Below are positions 1-9,427 of a stretch of 64,000 nt of DNA, piece by piece (position 1 is the stretch's first letter; every line of letters begins with the position of its first letter). The stretch comes from an uncultured Alphaproteobacteria bacterium (lineage in GTDB: Bacteria > Pseudomonadota > Alphaproteobacteria > ATCC43930 > CGMCC-115725). The stretch is from positions 110,313 to 174,312 of the forward strand of contig CAVOWQ010000030.1 in the NCBI GenBank assembly GCA_963700195.1. The letters run 5' to 3'. The position numbers and the translations under genes are program-made. The notes below the pieces were generated by a model, which ran no database searches, was not told the DNA's origin, and was given only the letters and a program-made list of their open reading frames with translations.

Positions 1-381
1 GCAATTCCGGCCCCCAGGCGAGGATGCCGCGCGCCGGGCCGAAGACCTCGCGCGCCACCGCCGGGTCGAGATAGGGGCCGACATCGAGCAGCCGGAATTC
101 TGCCCGAGGCACCAGGCGGTCGAGGGCTCGGCCTTGGCGATCTCTTCGAGCACCTGTACGTAGGTCAGCGGGCGGAGCTCGGCGCCGCCCAGCGAGCGCG
201 GGATCAGCAATTTGAAGAAGCCGCCCTCGATCAATGCCTCGACAACCCGTTCCGGCAATTCGCGGCGCGCCTCGATCTCGTCTGCGGCCTCCTTGAGCAC
301 CGGCGCGAGCCCACGCGCACGTTCCACGTAGTCGACGTCGCGGGTCTCGATGCGGGGCAGGTCCAGCAAGTTCGACGGCAT
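1..381 (-). CDS. acyl-CoA dehydrogenase-family flavoenzyme, N-terminal part (runs off left edge; apparent frameshift near 90-100)
   Basis: ATG at 381 preceded by GGAGAAG. MPSNLLDLPRIETRDVDYVERARGLAPVLKEAADEIEARRELPERVVEALIEGGFFKLLIPRSLGGAEL..TAWCLGQNSGCSM resembles the N-terminal domain of ACAD-type enzymes. The frame then switches to GPYLDPAVAREVFGPARGILAWGP. Confidence 0.55.
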   Translation of the reverse strand, partial: MPSNLLDLPRIETRDVDYVERARGLAPVLKEAADEIEARRELPERVVEALIEGGFFKLLIPRSLGGAELRPLTYVQVLEEIAKAEPSTAWCLGQNSGCSMSAPISTRRWRARSSARRAASSPGGRNC

Positions 382-482
382 TTTCTTCTCCAAAAATTCG
401 CCCCTCAAAGTACAGTGGACAAAATACATCGAGCGCTGCGGAAGAAGCGACGATTTCCGCGCAACCCACCATCGCGACCCGC

Positions 483-1754
483 TTACGCGGCGATGGCGCG
501 CCACCAGCGCCGGGTCAGGAGCATCGCCGCAATGCCCTCGGCGCCGATCGTTACCGTGGCCCAGGAGGCGCCGACCAGGCCGGCAAGCAGACCGAGGTGA
601 ATAAAGCCGATCATACCGATCCCGATACACACGGAGAGCACGCCGAAGATGCGGCTGCGCATCTCGGGCGGCGCTGCGAGGTAGACGAGCGTCGCCTGCA
701 TGATGCTGAAACCGGAATTGGCGACACCCGTCACCAGAAGCACGGTGCCGGCGAGCAGCGGATTGGGCGCCAATGCGAAAACCGGCAGCATCAGCAGGTA
801 AGCGAAGACGCCGCCGATGTAGAGGCGCGCGAATGTCCTCGGCTTGGCTAGAAGGGCGATCGCGACGGCGCCGCAGAACGCGCCAACCCCGTCCATGCTG
901 GCGAGAACTCCGATCCCGGCGGCGCCGAGACCCAGATTGTCGTGGCCGATTACCGGGATCATGCTGGTGAACGGCCAGCCAAATGTGTTGTAGATGACGG
1001 TGACGACCAGGGTCCCGATCAGGCGCCGGTCGCGCCTGACGAGCATGAAGCCTTCGAGCATGCGTTCGAGGATGCTCGCGACGCCGGCGGGCCGCACGCT
1101 GTTGCGATGATGGATGCGCAGCGCAGCGGCGACCGCGACGAGGTAGCACGCGACGCTGACCGCAAAAGCGCCGCCAATCCCGTATGTGGCGAGCAACACG
1201 CCTCCAACCGTAGGGCCGAGCATGCGGCTCGCATTGTTGGCGCCGACATCGAGTGACATCGCCGCGCTCATCCGGTCCGGTCCGACGACCTCGCCGATCA
1301 TCGTGCGCCGCACCGGGTTGTCGGTCGTCCAGGCAATGCCGTTGACAAAGCTGGCGAGCGCGACATGCCACACTTCGAGCGCATCGCTCCAGGCGAGCAT
1401 CGCCAGGACCAGCGAGGTCAGCAGCATCGAAAAGACGACGAGGATCAGCGCGGTGCGCCGTTCCAGCCGGTCGGCCAAGGTGCCGACGACGGCGCCGAAC
1501 AGCGCCATCGGCAGCATTCGCAGCATCGTCAGCATCGCGACGATGAACGGCGAGCCGGTGCGCTGATAGGCGAAAACCGCGACCGCCAACATCTCCAGCC
1601 AGCGCACCGCAAAGACGACAACGCCGACGAGCCACAGCCGGCGAAAATCAGCTTCCCCGAAGAGCCATGCGTGGGGTGTCGCCCGGACCGCCGTTACCGT
1701 CACTACTCCTCCGATCGCCATTTTTTCGGATTTGCGGCCGCGCCGAGCGGGCAA
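483..1754 (-). CDS. MFS transporter (12-TMS type)
   Basis: 423-aa ORF with many hydrophobic helices. N-terminal FRRLWLVGVVVFAVRWLEMLAVAVFAY and GTLADRLERR loop are typical of MFS_3/EntS-like exporters. Alternative start at 1721 (MAIGG). Confidence 0.8.
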   Translation of the reverse strand: MPARRGRKSEKMAIGGVVTVTAVRATPHAWLFGEADFRRLWLVGVVVFAVRWLEMLAVAVFAYQRTGSPFIVAMLTMLRMLPMALFGAVVGTLADRLERRTALILVVFSMLLTSLVLAMLAWSDALEVWHVALASFVNGIAWTTDNPVRRTMIGEVVGPDRMSAAMSLDVGANNASRMLGPTVGGVLLATYGIGGAFAVSVACYLVAVAAALRIHHRNSVRPAGVASILERMLEGFMLVRRDRRLIGTLVVTVIYNTFGWPFTSMIPVIGHDNLGLGAAGIGVLASMDGVGAFCGAVAIALLAKPRTFARLYIGGVFAYLLMLPVFALAPNPLLAGTVLLVTGVANSGFSIMQATLVYLAAPPEMRSRIFGVLSVCIGIGMIGFIHLGLLAGLVGASWATVTIGAEGIAAMLLTRRWWRAIAA

Positions 1755-1788
1755 CCCATTAGACCAGATTTCGACCGGATTGGCGTGG

Positions 1789-1880
1789 TGTCATTGCGAG
1801 GAGCGCCTCGCGCGACGAAGCAATCTCGACCCAAAGAACGCGCTGCGGCCCGAGATTGCTTCACGTTGTTCGCAATGACA
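1789..1880. repeat. 92-bp palindromic MITE-like repeat (family B), copy 1
   Basis: Terminal inverted repeats tgtcattgcgag ... ctcgcaatgaca with internal gaagcaatctcg / cgagattgcttc arms. A near-identical element lies at 21751-21841. Confidence 0.8.
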
Positions 1881-1926
1881 ATCCTACGGTGGTGTCCGAT
1901 TTGATCGAAATCTGCGGTGGATCACA

Positions 1927-3147
1927 TCATCCCTGAATTATCTGGGCCAAGTCTTGCGACACCTGTGGGGCGTCCGGCAACACCGCTTCGAGCTTTCGAT
2001 CGTCGAGTCGCATGTGGCGCTCTAGTAAGGCCGCCAGCACGGTGCGAAAATCGGTGGTGACCGCGAGGTCGCGCCGCTGATAGAGCTGCGCCGGGGCGAG
2101 ACCGGGCCAATCACCGTAAACCCGGCCGCCATTGACCGTGCCGCCCAATACCCAGATGACGTTGCCGTGGCCGTGATCGGTGCCCCGGTTGCCGTTCTCC
2201 CGAAAAGTGCGGCCGAATTCGGACAGGACGACGACGACGGTATCCCGCCAGGCCTCGCCCGATCCGCGGGCGAGGGCTGCAAGACCCTCGCCGAGCGGGC
2301 GCAGATGATCGGCCAGTTGCCCGTTGTGGTTGCCCTGGTTGATGTGGGTATCCCAACCGCCGAGCCCGATTGCTGCTACCCGGACGCCGGGGTGACGGCG
2401 GATCAGCAATGCCAACCGGGTCGCCTGCCCAGGAAAGCCGGCTGGCGGAGGCGCGCCATTGTCGGCGATCTGCCGCTCCGTGCTCAAGGCGCCGACCAAT
2501 TCCGTGCGCGCCGCCCGGCCTTCGCGATACGACCTGGCGAGGTCGTCATTGCCGGAATATAGCCGATCGAACGCGGCGGCGATTTCCGGCTGATCGATCG
2601 GCAATGGCCGGGCGCCCTTTGGGCCGAGCGGCAAGGTAGCGACGGGTGCCTTGCCCGCCAGAATGCGCGGAACGGTCGGGCCGATGCTGATCGCGTCGGT
2701 CGCACCGCGCGGACCTGGCAGCGCCAGCAGCAGGCGGTTCATCCAGCCGTCGCGGGTGGTGTCCTGCCCCGGAGTGCCGTTTTCGAGATAGAGCTGTGCG
2801 TCGAAATGCGATCGCGTCGGGTCGGGCGAACCCGCGGCGTGAACAAAAGCGAGCCTGCGCTCGGTCCACAACGGCATCAGGCTCGTGAGGGCCGGGTGCA
2901 AGCCGAAATGCCCGTCGAGCGCCAATGCCCCGTCCGGCTTGCCCGGCGGTGCAATCGTGATCGATTGGCGCTCCTGGTAATAAGACCCGTCGGCACAGGG
3001 AATCACGACATTGAGGCCGTCGACCGCGCCGCGCAGCAGGATCACGATCAGGCGCCTCGAGCTCTCATCGGAGATTGCCGCCCAGGCATCCGGCCCGAAA
3101 CAGAAGGGGGCTGCCGCAGCTCCTTTGATGAAATCGCGCCGGTGCAC
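1927..3147 (-). CDS. DUF1501 domain protein (sulfatase-like fold, Tat-exported)
   Basis: 406 aa. Twin-arginine signal MHRRDFIKGAAAAPF. GGWDTH and GRTxxENGNRGTDHGHG motifs are typical of DUF1501. Confidence 0.85.
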   Translation of the reverse strand: MHRRDFIKGAAAAPFCFGPDAWAAISDESSRRLIVILLRGAVDGLNVVIPCADGSYYQERQSITIAPPGKPDGALALDGHFGLHPALTSLMPLWTERRLAFVHAAGSPDPTRSHFDAQLYLENGTPGQDTTRDGWMNRLLLALPGPRGATDAISIGPTVPRILAGKAPVATLPLGPKGARPLPIDQPEIAAAFDRLYSGNDDLARSYREGRAARTELVGALSTERQIADNGAPPPAGFPGQATRLALLIRRHPGVRVAAIGLGGWDTHINQGNHNGQLADHLRPLGEGLAALARGSGEAWRDTVVVVLSEFGRTFRENGNRGTDHGHGNVIWVLGGTVNGGRVYGDWPGLAPAQLYQRRDLAVTTDFRTVLAALLERHMRLDDRKLEAVLPDAPQVSQDLAQIIQG

Positions 3148-3156
3148 TGGGTCCGC

Positions 3157-4647
3157 CTATCGACGCATAAAGTCGGGACTGCCGAGGATCAGGGCGGCGC
3201 GCAGCCCTTTGGGCGCTTCTTTAATGACACCGCGGCTGTTCTCGCTCATGGTCGAGCCGAAGATCGCTTCGAGATGCGCATCATCGACCGCCTCTGGGCT
3301 GCCTCGGACCAATGCGGTCGCGAAGCTGACGCGGCGGGTCGTTGCATCGGGGCTCAGCCAGGCGTCTTCGGTGTTCTTATACCCGTCCGGCGTCAAGCAG
3401 CCGAAGAGGGGCATGCCGAGCTGATCCATGGCGCCGAGCAGCGGGCGGACATTGCCGAGCGGCACCCCCGCAGCGCGCACTGCCGAGATCACAAATTGGT
3501 AGGGCGTCTTGTATTTCCCGCCCTTGCTGTCCCAAAATTCGTTGCTGGCGAAAAGCGTCCTCAGCACCTCCTTTATATTGCCGTCGGTCTCGACGAACCG
3601 TGCCGCGAGCCGGTCGACCAACCCTGGGGGCGGCTCGTCGGTGACAAAGTATTGCGCCAGCTCGAACGCGATGTGATGGGCGGTCGCTGGGCTGTGAGCC
3701 AGGATGTCGAGCGCCTCCTCACCCTCCGCCTTGCCGCGCGACTTCAGAGGCTGGCCAAGGAAAACCTTTGGACTGTAATCGTGGCGCGCGCCTTCGAAGA
3801 CCGCGGCGTATTCGGGAAACGCGCGGGCATTCGGCGAATTGACGCCCCACCCGGTAAAGACCCGCGCCAATGTGACGACGTCCTCCTGCGTGTACCCGCC
3901 ATTGGCGCCGAGCGTGTGCAATTCCATGACTTCGCGCGCGAAATTCTCGTTCAGTCCCTTCTGTCTGCCGCGGGCGCCGGGGCTGCCCGGCGCGGTGCTG
4001 AGCGCATTGTCGAGATAGACCAGCATTGCCGGGTGCTTTGTCGTGGCGAACAGCAGGTCGCGGAAATGGCCGAGCACAAACGGGCGGATCGCCTGCTCCT
4101 CATAATTTCCGATCCATACATCATCCAGCCCCTTGCCGGAGAACACATTGAAATGGTTGAACCAGAAATCGACCATGACTTCATGCAATTGCCGCGGGCT
4201 GAGCAGGGCTCTAAGGATGCGCGCCTCGCTGGCGTCCCGCACGATGATTTGCACCCGTTCGCGCTGAGCCTTCTCCAGCTCCGGGTTGGGCTTAAAGCCA
4301 CGCAAGCTGCGCAACGGCCCGTAAAGCTGGCGCAGCTGCACCGGGTTGAGCTTCAACGTGTCGAGCGGGACGAGGCGCCACCGCAGCTCGATCGGTTCCG
4401 GGATAGATTCTGGGTCGAGCTGCTCGGCAATATACCGCTCCACCCCGATCGTCTTGACGTGCCGAGCCTCTTCGAGGGTCGGGCCGAAGGCGAGGCGGTT
4501 CAGGAGATGGATGACCGTCTGATCCGAGACCGGCTCGGCGCCGAACGCCAACAACGGCGGCAGAGCCATCAGCAGCCCCGTCGCCGCAGCGAACCGGTGA
4601 AAGCGCGATCGCCCACGCGCCCCGTTACTCATCGGGTCCCGCCCCAT
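3157..4647 (-). CDS. DUF1800 family protein
   Basis: 496 aa with an N-terminal signal-like segment. HEVMVDFWFNHFNVF and ELHTLG motifs are characteristic of DUF1800. A 10-nt gap to the downstream DUF1501 gene is the canonical pairing. Confidence 0.8.
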   Translation of the reverse strand: MGRDPMSNGARGRSRFHRFAAATGLLMALPPLLAFGAEPVSDQTVIHLLNRLAFGPTLEEARHVKTIGVERYIAEQLDPESIPEPIELRWRLVPLDTLKLNPVQLRQLYGPLRSLRGFKPNPELEKAQRERVQIIVRDASEARILRALLSPRQLHEVMVDFWFNHFNVFSGKGLDDVWIGNYEEQAIRPFVLGHFRDLLFATTKHPAMLVYLDNALSTAPGSPGARGRQKGLNENFAREVMELHTLGANGGYTQEDVVTLARVFTGWGVNSPNARAFPEYAAVFEGARHDYSPKVFLGQPLKSRGKAEGEEALDILAHSPATAHHIAFELAQYFVTDEPPPGLVDRLAARFVETDGNIKEVLRTLFASNEFWDSKGGKYKTPYQFVISAVRAAGVPLGNVRPLLGAMDQLGMPLFGCLTPDGYKNTEDAWLSPDATTRRVSFATALVRGSPEAVDDAHLEAIFGSTMSENSRGVIKEAPKGLRAALILGSPDFMRR

Positions 4648-4732
4648 CCCCGATTGCAGGCGGCTGCAGGATAGTCAAACTCGGCCCCGGCGCAAGCCGA
4701 CGAGCGGTTTCGCTGCCCGGGCCCGGTTCGAT

Positions 4733-6178
4733 TTACGGTGGCGCGCGCACCGGGACTTCATCGCGGATTGGTTTCGGCATGCCGGAATCGCGGACGGCTG
4801 CACGTCGTGGTACGCGCACGAAATTGAGCAGGCGGGATAGGCTGGCGAGCGCGGCAAGCGCGGAAAAACCGGCGGCGATCAGGATGGCCGTGGTCGGGCT
4901 GGTGCCGCCGCCGGGTCCGGCGTAGCCGAAGACCAGCGCCACCAGCGCGGCGCCGATCGTCTGGCCGAGCAGCCTGGCGGTCGCTTGAATGGCGCCGGCG
5001 CCGCCGCTGCGCTCGCGCGGCGCGTTGCTGACGATCGCGCGGTTGTTTGGCGACTGGAAGAACCCGAACCCGAATCCGCAGACGACGATTCGCCAGACGA
5101 TGCTGGCATCGCCTGGTTGAGGCGGGAGCAACGCCAGCAGAATAAAGCCGAGGCTCAGCACGCCGAGCCCGATGCCGCCGAGAATTCCGGCGGGATAGCG
5201 GTCGGCCAGCCGGCCGGCGATCGGCGCGATGATCGCAACCGTCACCGGCCACGGCGTGATCAAGAGTCCGGTTTCGACCTGTGAGCGCCCGATCACGTCC
5301 TGGAAATAAAAGGGCAGCGCGACAAACACGATGCCTTGCGCAACAAACGCGCAAACCGACGTTGTGACCGAAAGTGCGAAAACTGGCCGCCTGAAGAGGT
5401 CGACCGGCAGCAGTGGCATGGCCAACGAGTTTTGCCGGCGCACCAGGACATAGCCGACGAGGAGGGCGCCGGCTAGTTCGCTAAACACGAGCAGAGCGGG
5501 GTGATGGTGGCCGATCCCGTTGATCCCGCTGATCAGGAAGGCAAAGGCAAATGCGCTCAAAACGGCGCTCGCCAAGTCGAAGCGATGATCGGAGGGCGGC
5601 GTCAGCGGCAACAGGCGCCACGACATTGCGAGCGCGACGAGACCGATCGGGACATTTATCGCGAAGAGCCAGGGCCACGACGCGACCGCGAGGATCGCCG
5701 CGGCGACGCTCGGGCCGGCGGCCGACGATATCGAGACGACGACCGAAACCATCGCGATGCCGCGGCCCAATTGCCGGCGCGGATAGGTGAAGCGCACGAG
5801 AGCCGTATTGACGCTCATCATGCCGGCTGCGCCCAGCCCCTGCAGCGCGCGGCCCAGGGTCAGCATCGCCAAGGAGTGCGACAGAGCGCTGACGAGCGCA
5901 GCGCCGGTGAACACCACGAGGCCAATCATGTAGATGCGGCGGTAGCCGAAAATGTCGCCGAGCGAGGCGAAGGGCAGCAGCGAAATGACGACCGCCAGCT
6001 GGTAGGCGTTGATGACCCAGATCGAATCGGCGGCGCTGGCGTGGATTTCCTTCGCAATCGCCGGCAACGCAATATTCGCGATCGCGCTGTCGAGCACCGA
6101 CAGCGCCATCCCGACCGCAAGGTTTAGGATCGCCCAGTATCTCAGTGGGAGCGGGAGTCCGTCTTCCGCCGCGTTCAT
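4733..6178 (-). CDS. MFS transporter, DHA2 (EmrB/QacA-like, 14-TMS) family
   Basis: 481 aa. LDSAIANIALPAIAKE and GDIFGYRRIYMIGLVVF motifs typical of the DHA2 drug/H+ antiporter family. Confidence 0.85.
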   Translation of the reverse strand: MNAAEDGLPLPLRYWAILNLAVGMALSVLDSAIANIALPAIAKEIHASAADSIWVINAYQLAVVISLLPFASLGDIFGYRRIYMIGLVVFTGAALVSALSHSLAMLTLGRALQGLGAAGMMSVNTALVRFTYPRRQLGRGIAMVSVVVSISSAAGPSVAAAILAVASWPWLFAINVPIGLVALAMSWRLLPLTPPSDHRFDLASAVLSAFAFAFLISGINGIGHHHPALLVFSELAGALLVGYVLVRRQNSLAMPLLPVDLFRRPVFALSVTTSVCAFVAQGIVFVALPFYFQDVIGRSQVETGLLITPWPVTVAIIAPIAGRLADRYPAGILGGIGLGVLSLGFILLALLPPQPGDASIVWRIVVCGFGFGFFQSPNNRAIVSNAPRERSGGAGAIQATARLLGQTIGAALVALVFGYAGPGGGTSPTTAILIAAGFSALAALASLSRLLNFVRVPRRAAVRDSGMPKPIRDEVPVRAPP

Positions 6179-6352
6179 TATGCGGCTGACTTATGCCGCC
6201 GCACCCGCCCGCGCCAGCCCCGGCAACGCAGCCACGGCGAGCGCGCATATCGAGAGCCGCTCATCCAACCGAAGCGTTCTGGTCGGGGACGGGATCGCCG
6301 ACGGCTGCGACCGCCGGGCGCGTCTTGGCCTCGCCCGCCTCGTGGCGCCCGG

Positions 6353-6418
6353 CACCCTCTCCCATTCCCTCCCCCCGCAAGCGGGGGAGGGTCAGGGTGG
6401 GGGCTTGGTGGGTGAGGG
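6353..6418. repeat. GC-rich REP-like palindromic repeat (family A)
   Basis: ccctccccccgcaagcgggggaggg core flanked by gggtgaggg. Same motif family at eight other loci. Confidence 0.8.
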
Positions 6419-7540
6419 TCAGTTCAGGCCGTAGAAGCCCATTGCGCCGCCCGCCATTACCTGATGCTGAACTTCGGGGGAGGCGCCCGCCAGGCGGTCC
6501 CTTATCATTTGCGGGGCACCCGGGAAGAAGCCGTCGCGATGCGGGTAGTCGGTCGCCCACAGGATCTTGTTTGGCCCGATATACTCGGCGAGGACTTTGA
6601 GGCTGCCCTCGACCGGCTCGAAGGAGATCCAGCAATTGCGCCGGAAGAGGTCGCTCGGCCGGCTCTTCAGACCTGAGTCGTTGAAGCCCTGATCGTCGAA
6701 ATGGCGGTCCATGCGGTCGAGCCACGGCGCGATCCACCCGCCGCCGGATTCGAGGAAAGCGACGCGGAGCTTCGGGTGGCGCTCGCACACTCCGCCCCAG
6801 ATCATGCTCATGCAGGCGAGCATCATTTCCATCGTGTGTGAGATGATATGCTGCGCGCCGCGGCCTTCGAAACGGTCGATGCCGACTGTTGGCATGCCGC
6901 TGTTGCCGCCCTCGTGAATGCCGATCGAGAAGTCGAATTCCTCGGCCGCGCTCCACAGCGGATCATAGGCCGGGTCGTGCAGTTTTCTGTCATTGTAGGG
7001 ATTGGGCCGGATAAAGCCGCCGCGAAAGCCGAGATCGCGTCGCGCGAAGCGCATCTCGGCGATCGCGTGATCGATCGACTGCATCGGCAGCATCGCAATG
7101 CCGAACAGCCGGTCCGGATAGGGCTTGCAGTAATCGGCAAGCCAGCGGTTGTAGGCGCGGCACAGCGCGCTCGCCAGCTGCGGATCGTGCACGGCGCCGG
7201 CAAACAGCCCCATGCTCGGGTAGAGGAATGCGGCGTCAATGCCGTCCAGATCCATGTCCGGGATGCGCTTGTGCGGGTCGAAACCACCCGGGCGGCCCTC
7301 CTCGTAGCTCATCATTTCGGCCGAGACGACGCCTTGTCTCGCCCCGACCCCGCCAATGCCGCCCATCCCTTGCTGGCTGCCGAGGATCTGGTCCTCGACG
7401 AGGAGGCGTTCCTTGCCGTCCTTGTCGATGACGAGCTTTGGAGCCCGGTCGCGGAAGGCCGGGTCCATATAGTCATTCCAGAGCGTCAGAGGCTCCAGGA
7501 TATGGCCATCGGAATCGATGACGTTGTATGCGCGGGCCAT
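6419..7540 (-). CDS. amidohydrolase_2 family protein (ACMSD/LigW-like metal-dependent hydrolase/decarboxylase)
   Basis: 373 aa. N-terminal VIDSDGHILEP (His pair metal ligands), ..WATDYPHRDG near the C-terminus. Typical of the amidohydrolase_2 superfamily. Confidence 0.85.
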   Translation of the reverse strand: MARAYNVIDSDGHILEPLTLWNDYMDPAFRDRAPKLVIDKDGKERLLVEDQILGSQQGMGGIGGVGARQGVVSAEMMSYEEGRPGGFDPHKRIPDMDLDGIDAAFLYPSMGLFAGAVHDPQLASALCRAYNRWLADYCKPYPDRLFGIAMLPMQSIDHAIAEMRFARRDLGFRGGFIRPNPYNDRKLHDPAYDPLWSAAEEFDFSIGIHEGGNSGMPTVGIDRFEGRGAQHIISHTMEMMLACMSMIWGGVCERHPKLRVAFLESGGGWIAPWLDRMDRHFDDQGFNDSGLKSRPSDLFRRNCWISFEPVEGSLKVLAEYIGPNKILWATDYPHRDGFFPGAPQMIRDRLAGASPEVQHQVMAGGAMGFYGLN

Positions 7541-7555
7541 GACCTTTCTCCTCCG

Positions 7556-9100
7556 TCAGTGGTACCAGTCCTTCTCGAAACGGGCATAGCAATCGCGCTC
7601 ACCCGGCATCTTCACCCAACCTGCCAGCAGCCGCGCCGTCGCGAGCAGCAGCCGATCGCGCAAGTGAGTCGAATTGTGATCGTATTCCTCGAAGGTCGAG
7701 ATCGTGATCTTCTGATTATGCGGATCGTCCTGAAAGCGGCACGCCGCCAGCGCTACCGTCGACTGGTACGCCTTGCGGTCGGCTCCCGACTGCAGATAGG
7801 CGTTGGCGAGTGCCGTGGTCCGCGGGAAATCCAGCGCCATTATCGCCTCGTCGAGATCCCGCAACAATGTGTCGGGCGAGCGGCCGCTGGTGTCTATCCC
7901 GGCGGCTTCCTGCTCGATCACCGAGCTCTGCAGCTTGTTCTCATGCGCCACGTCATTGATGAAATTGGCCATCAGATAAAGTACGCGAGGCTGGTACGGA
8001 TTGTCGCTCGTGCGAAACCAGTTGTTCGCGACATTGCAGTAATCAAACGGATGCTGGCCATTGGTAAACTGCCGCGGCACCGTGGTGCGCAGGATCAGCT
8101 CGGCGGCGCCGATCTGGATCGTGTCGCCGAGGCTGCGGATCGATTTGCCGTTCTTCAGGTGAGCGGTAACCAGGTTCCATACCGTATCGGCGTCGGCTTC
8201 CATCAGCTGCCGGACCATGTCTTCGACCTCGGTCGGGCTCAGTGGCGTCCGGTTGGTCTGCTTGAGGCTGGCGCCGCCATCTGGGAATTCGCTCGCCATC
8301 CTCACGCAGACGGCATCGTAGAGCGAATAATAGAGTGGCCCGATCGCCATATCCGGGACGCCCATGTAATAGACCCCGTGCGAGCGCTCCCAGCCGATGA
8401 AGTCGGCGAGGTCGGTGATCGAACGAGCGCGGATCGCCTTGTGGCCGGTATTGCGCGCCTTGCGGCCGATGACCGTGTCCTGCAGATCGATCAGCCCGAG
8501 AAAGTTCAATTGATCGGCCAGCAGCGGCCGCGCCTCTTCCTCCTCGGCGAGCCCAAGGAAAAGACCATAGGACCGCCGTGAGTCACCGCTGACCGTGGCG
8601 ATCATATGCGAGTGCAGCCGCTCCTGGAGGGTGCCCGTCTCGCGGATCGGCTCGTGGTCCTCCTGCCAGACAACTGGACCGTAGCTCGGCGGCGGCACAT
8701 TGATGCCCTTCATCGTGGCGTACCGGCCCGGATATTTGCCCTGCAGCTGGTTCCAGATGTCGAGCCCCGCCGGGATGTACCAGACGCTCTGGAGCAGCGG
8801 CAGCAGCCGATACTTCTCCGGCAGGTACGGCATCAGATAGGCCGAGGCGCGCAGCCCGAGGATCGTGTGGTCGTTGTTGATCAGGGTGATCTGACCGTCC
8901 CGCATATTGATGTGGCTCGGAACCTGCACGAACGGCGCTTCGGCAGCGGTCACGACGCTGAGCGCGTCGCCGACCGAATGCCCATCTCGCGTCATGCGAA
9001 AGAACAAATCGGTGGTGCGCGGCTGGTCGCGTTCGAGGATCGCCTCGGTCAGCATGTCGAAGTACTTGTCTTCCCGAATCTCGTTTCGGTTCAGCAGCAT
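7556..9100 (-). CDS. hypothetical protein, 514 aa, no family recognised
   Basis: Long uninterrupted ORF with normal (not Arg/Ala/Pro-biased) composition. ATG preceded by AAGGA. Ends 15 nt upstream of the amidohydrolase start. No signal peptide or TM segment. I recognise no motif. Confidence 0.75.
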   Translation of the reverse strand: MLLNRNEIREDKYFDMLTEAILERDQPRTTDLFFRMTRDGHSVGDALSVVTAAEAPFVQVPSHINMRDGQITLINNDHTILGLRASAYLMPYLPEKYRLLPLLQSVWYIPAGLDIWNQLQGKYPGRYATMKGINVPPPSYGPVVWQEDHEPIRETGTLQERLHSHMIATVSGDSRRSYGLFLGLAEEEEARPLLADQLNFLGLIDLQDTVIGRKARNTGHKAIRARSITDLADFIGWERSHGVYYMGVPDMAIGPLYYSLYDAVCVRMASEFPDGGASLKQTNRTPLSPTEVEDMVRQLMEADADTVWNLVTAHLKNGKSIRSLGDTIQIGAAELILRTTVPRQFTNGQHPFDYCNVANNWFRTSDNPYQPRVLYLMANFINDVAHENKLQSSVIEQEAAGIDTSGRSPDTLLRDLDEAIMALDFPRTTALANAYLQSGADRKAYQSTVALAACRFQDDPHNQKITISTFEEYDHNSTHLRDRLLLATARLLAGWVKMPGERDCYARFEKDWYH

Positions 9101-9145
9101 TGCGGCGATCCTTTTTTACGACGGCAACCCCAGTATCACTGAACC

Positions 9146-9427
9146 TTGCGGTCCCGCGGGTTGCTGATAAAGCAGCCCCGACGCAACAAACCTGCAGGGG
9201 TGAACTCCGAATCCCGCTCCGTCAGGCCAGACCAAGCAACGCCTCTTGGTGTCTCCACAATTGTAATCACATACGGTGAAGGGACTGCCGCCGCGCAAGG
9301 AGCAATCAATATTCGGATCGATGCCGACGTGTTGGACTGGTTCCGAAACAAAGGCAGGGGTTACCAGGCGCGCATCAACAATGTTTTGCGCGCCTTCGTC
9401 GAGAGTCGCAGACGCACCGATGGTTGA
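9146..9427 (+). CDS. BrnA-like antitoxin (C-terminal RHH part only is recognisable; no BrnT partner)
   Basis: C-terminal INIRIDADVLDWFRNKGRGYQARINNVLRAFVE matches the BrnA family signature. The N-terminal half is unrecognisable and there is no toxin ORF upstream. Confidence 0.45.
   Translation: MRSRGLLIKQPRRNKPAGVNSESRSVRPDQATPLGVSTIVITYGEGTAAAQGAINIRIDADVLDWFRNKGRGYQARINNVLRAFVESRRRTDG

Noticed and set aside
2806-4674. 622-aa plus-strand ORF
   Set aside because: It is antisense to the DUF1501 and DUF1800 genes. It is Arg/Ala/Gly/Pro-rich with no recognisable domain, which is a typical high-GC shadow ORF. The same applies to 6848-8581 (+), 15181-15861 (+), 17183-18235 (+), 47466-49847 (-), 51490-54075 (-), 55750-56892 (-) and the many 60-350-aa ORFs overlapping assigned genes.
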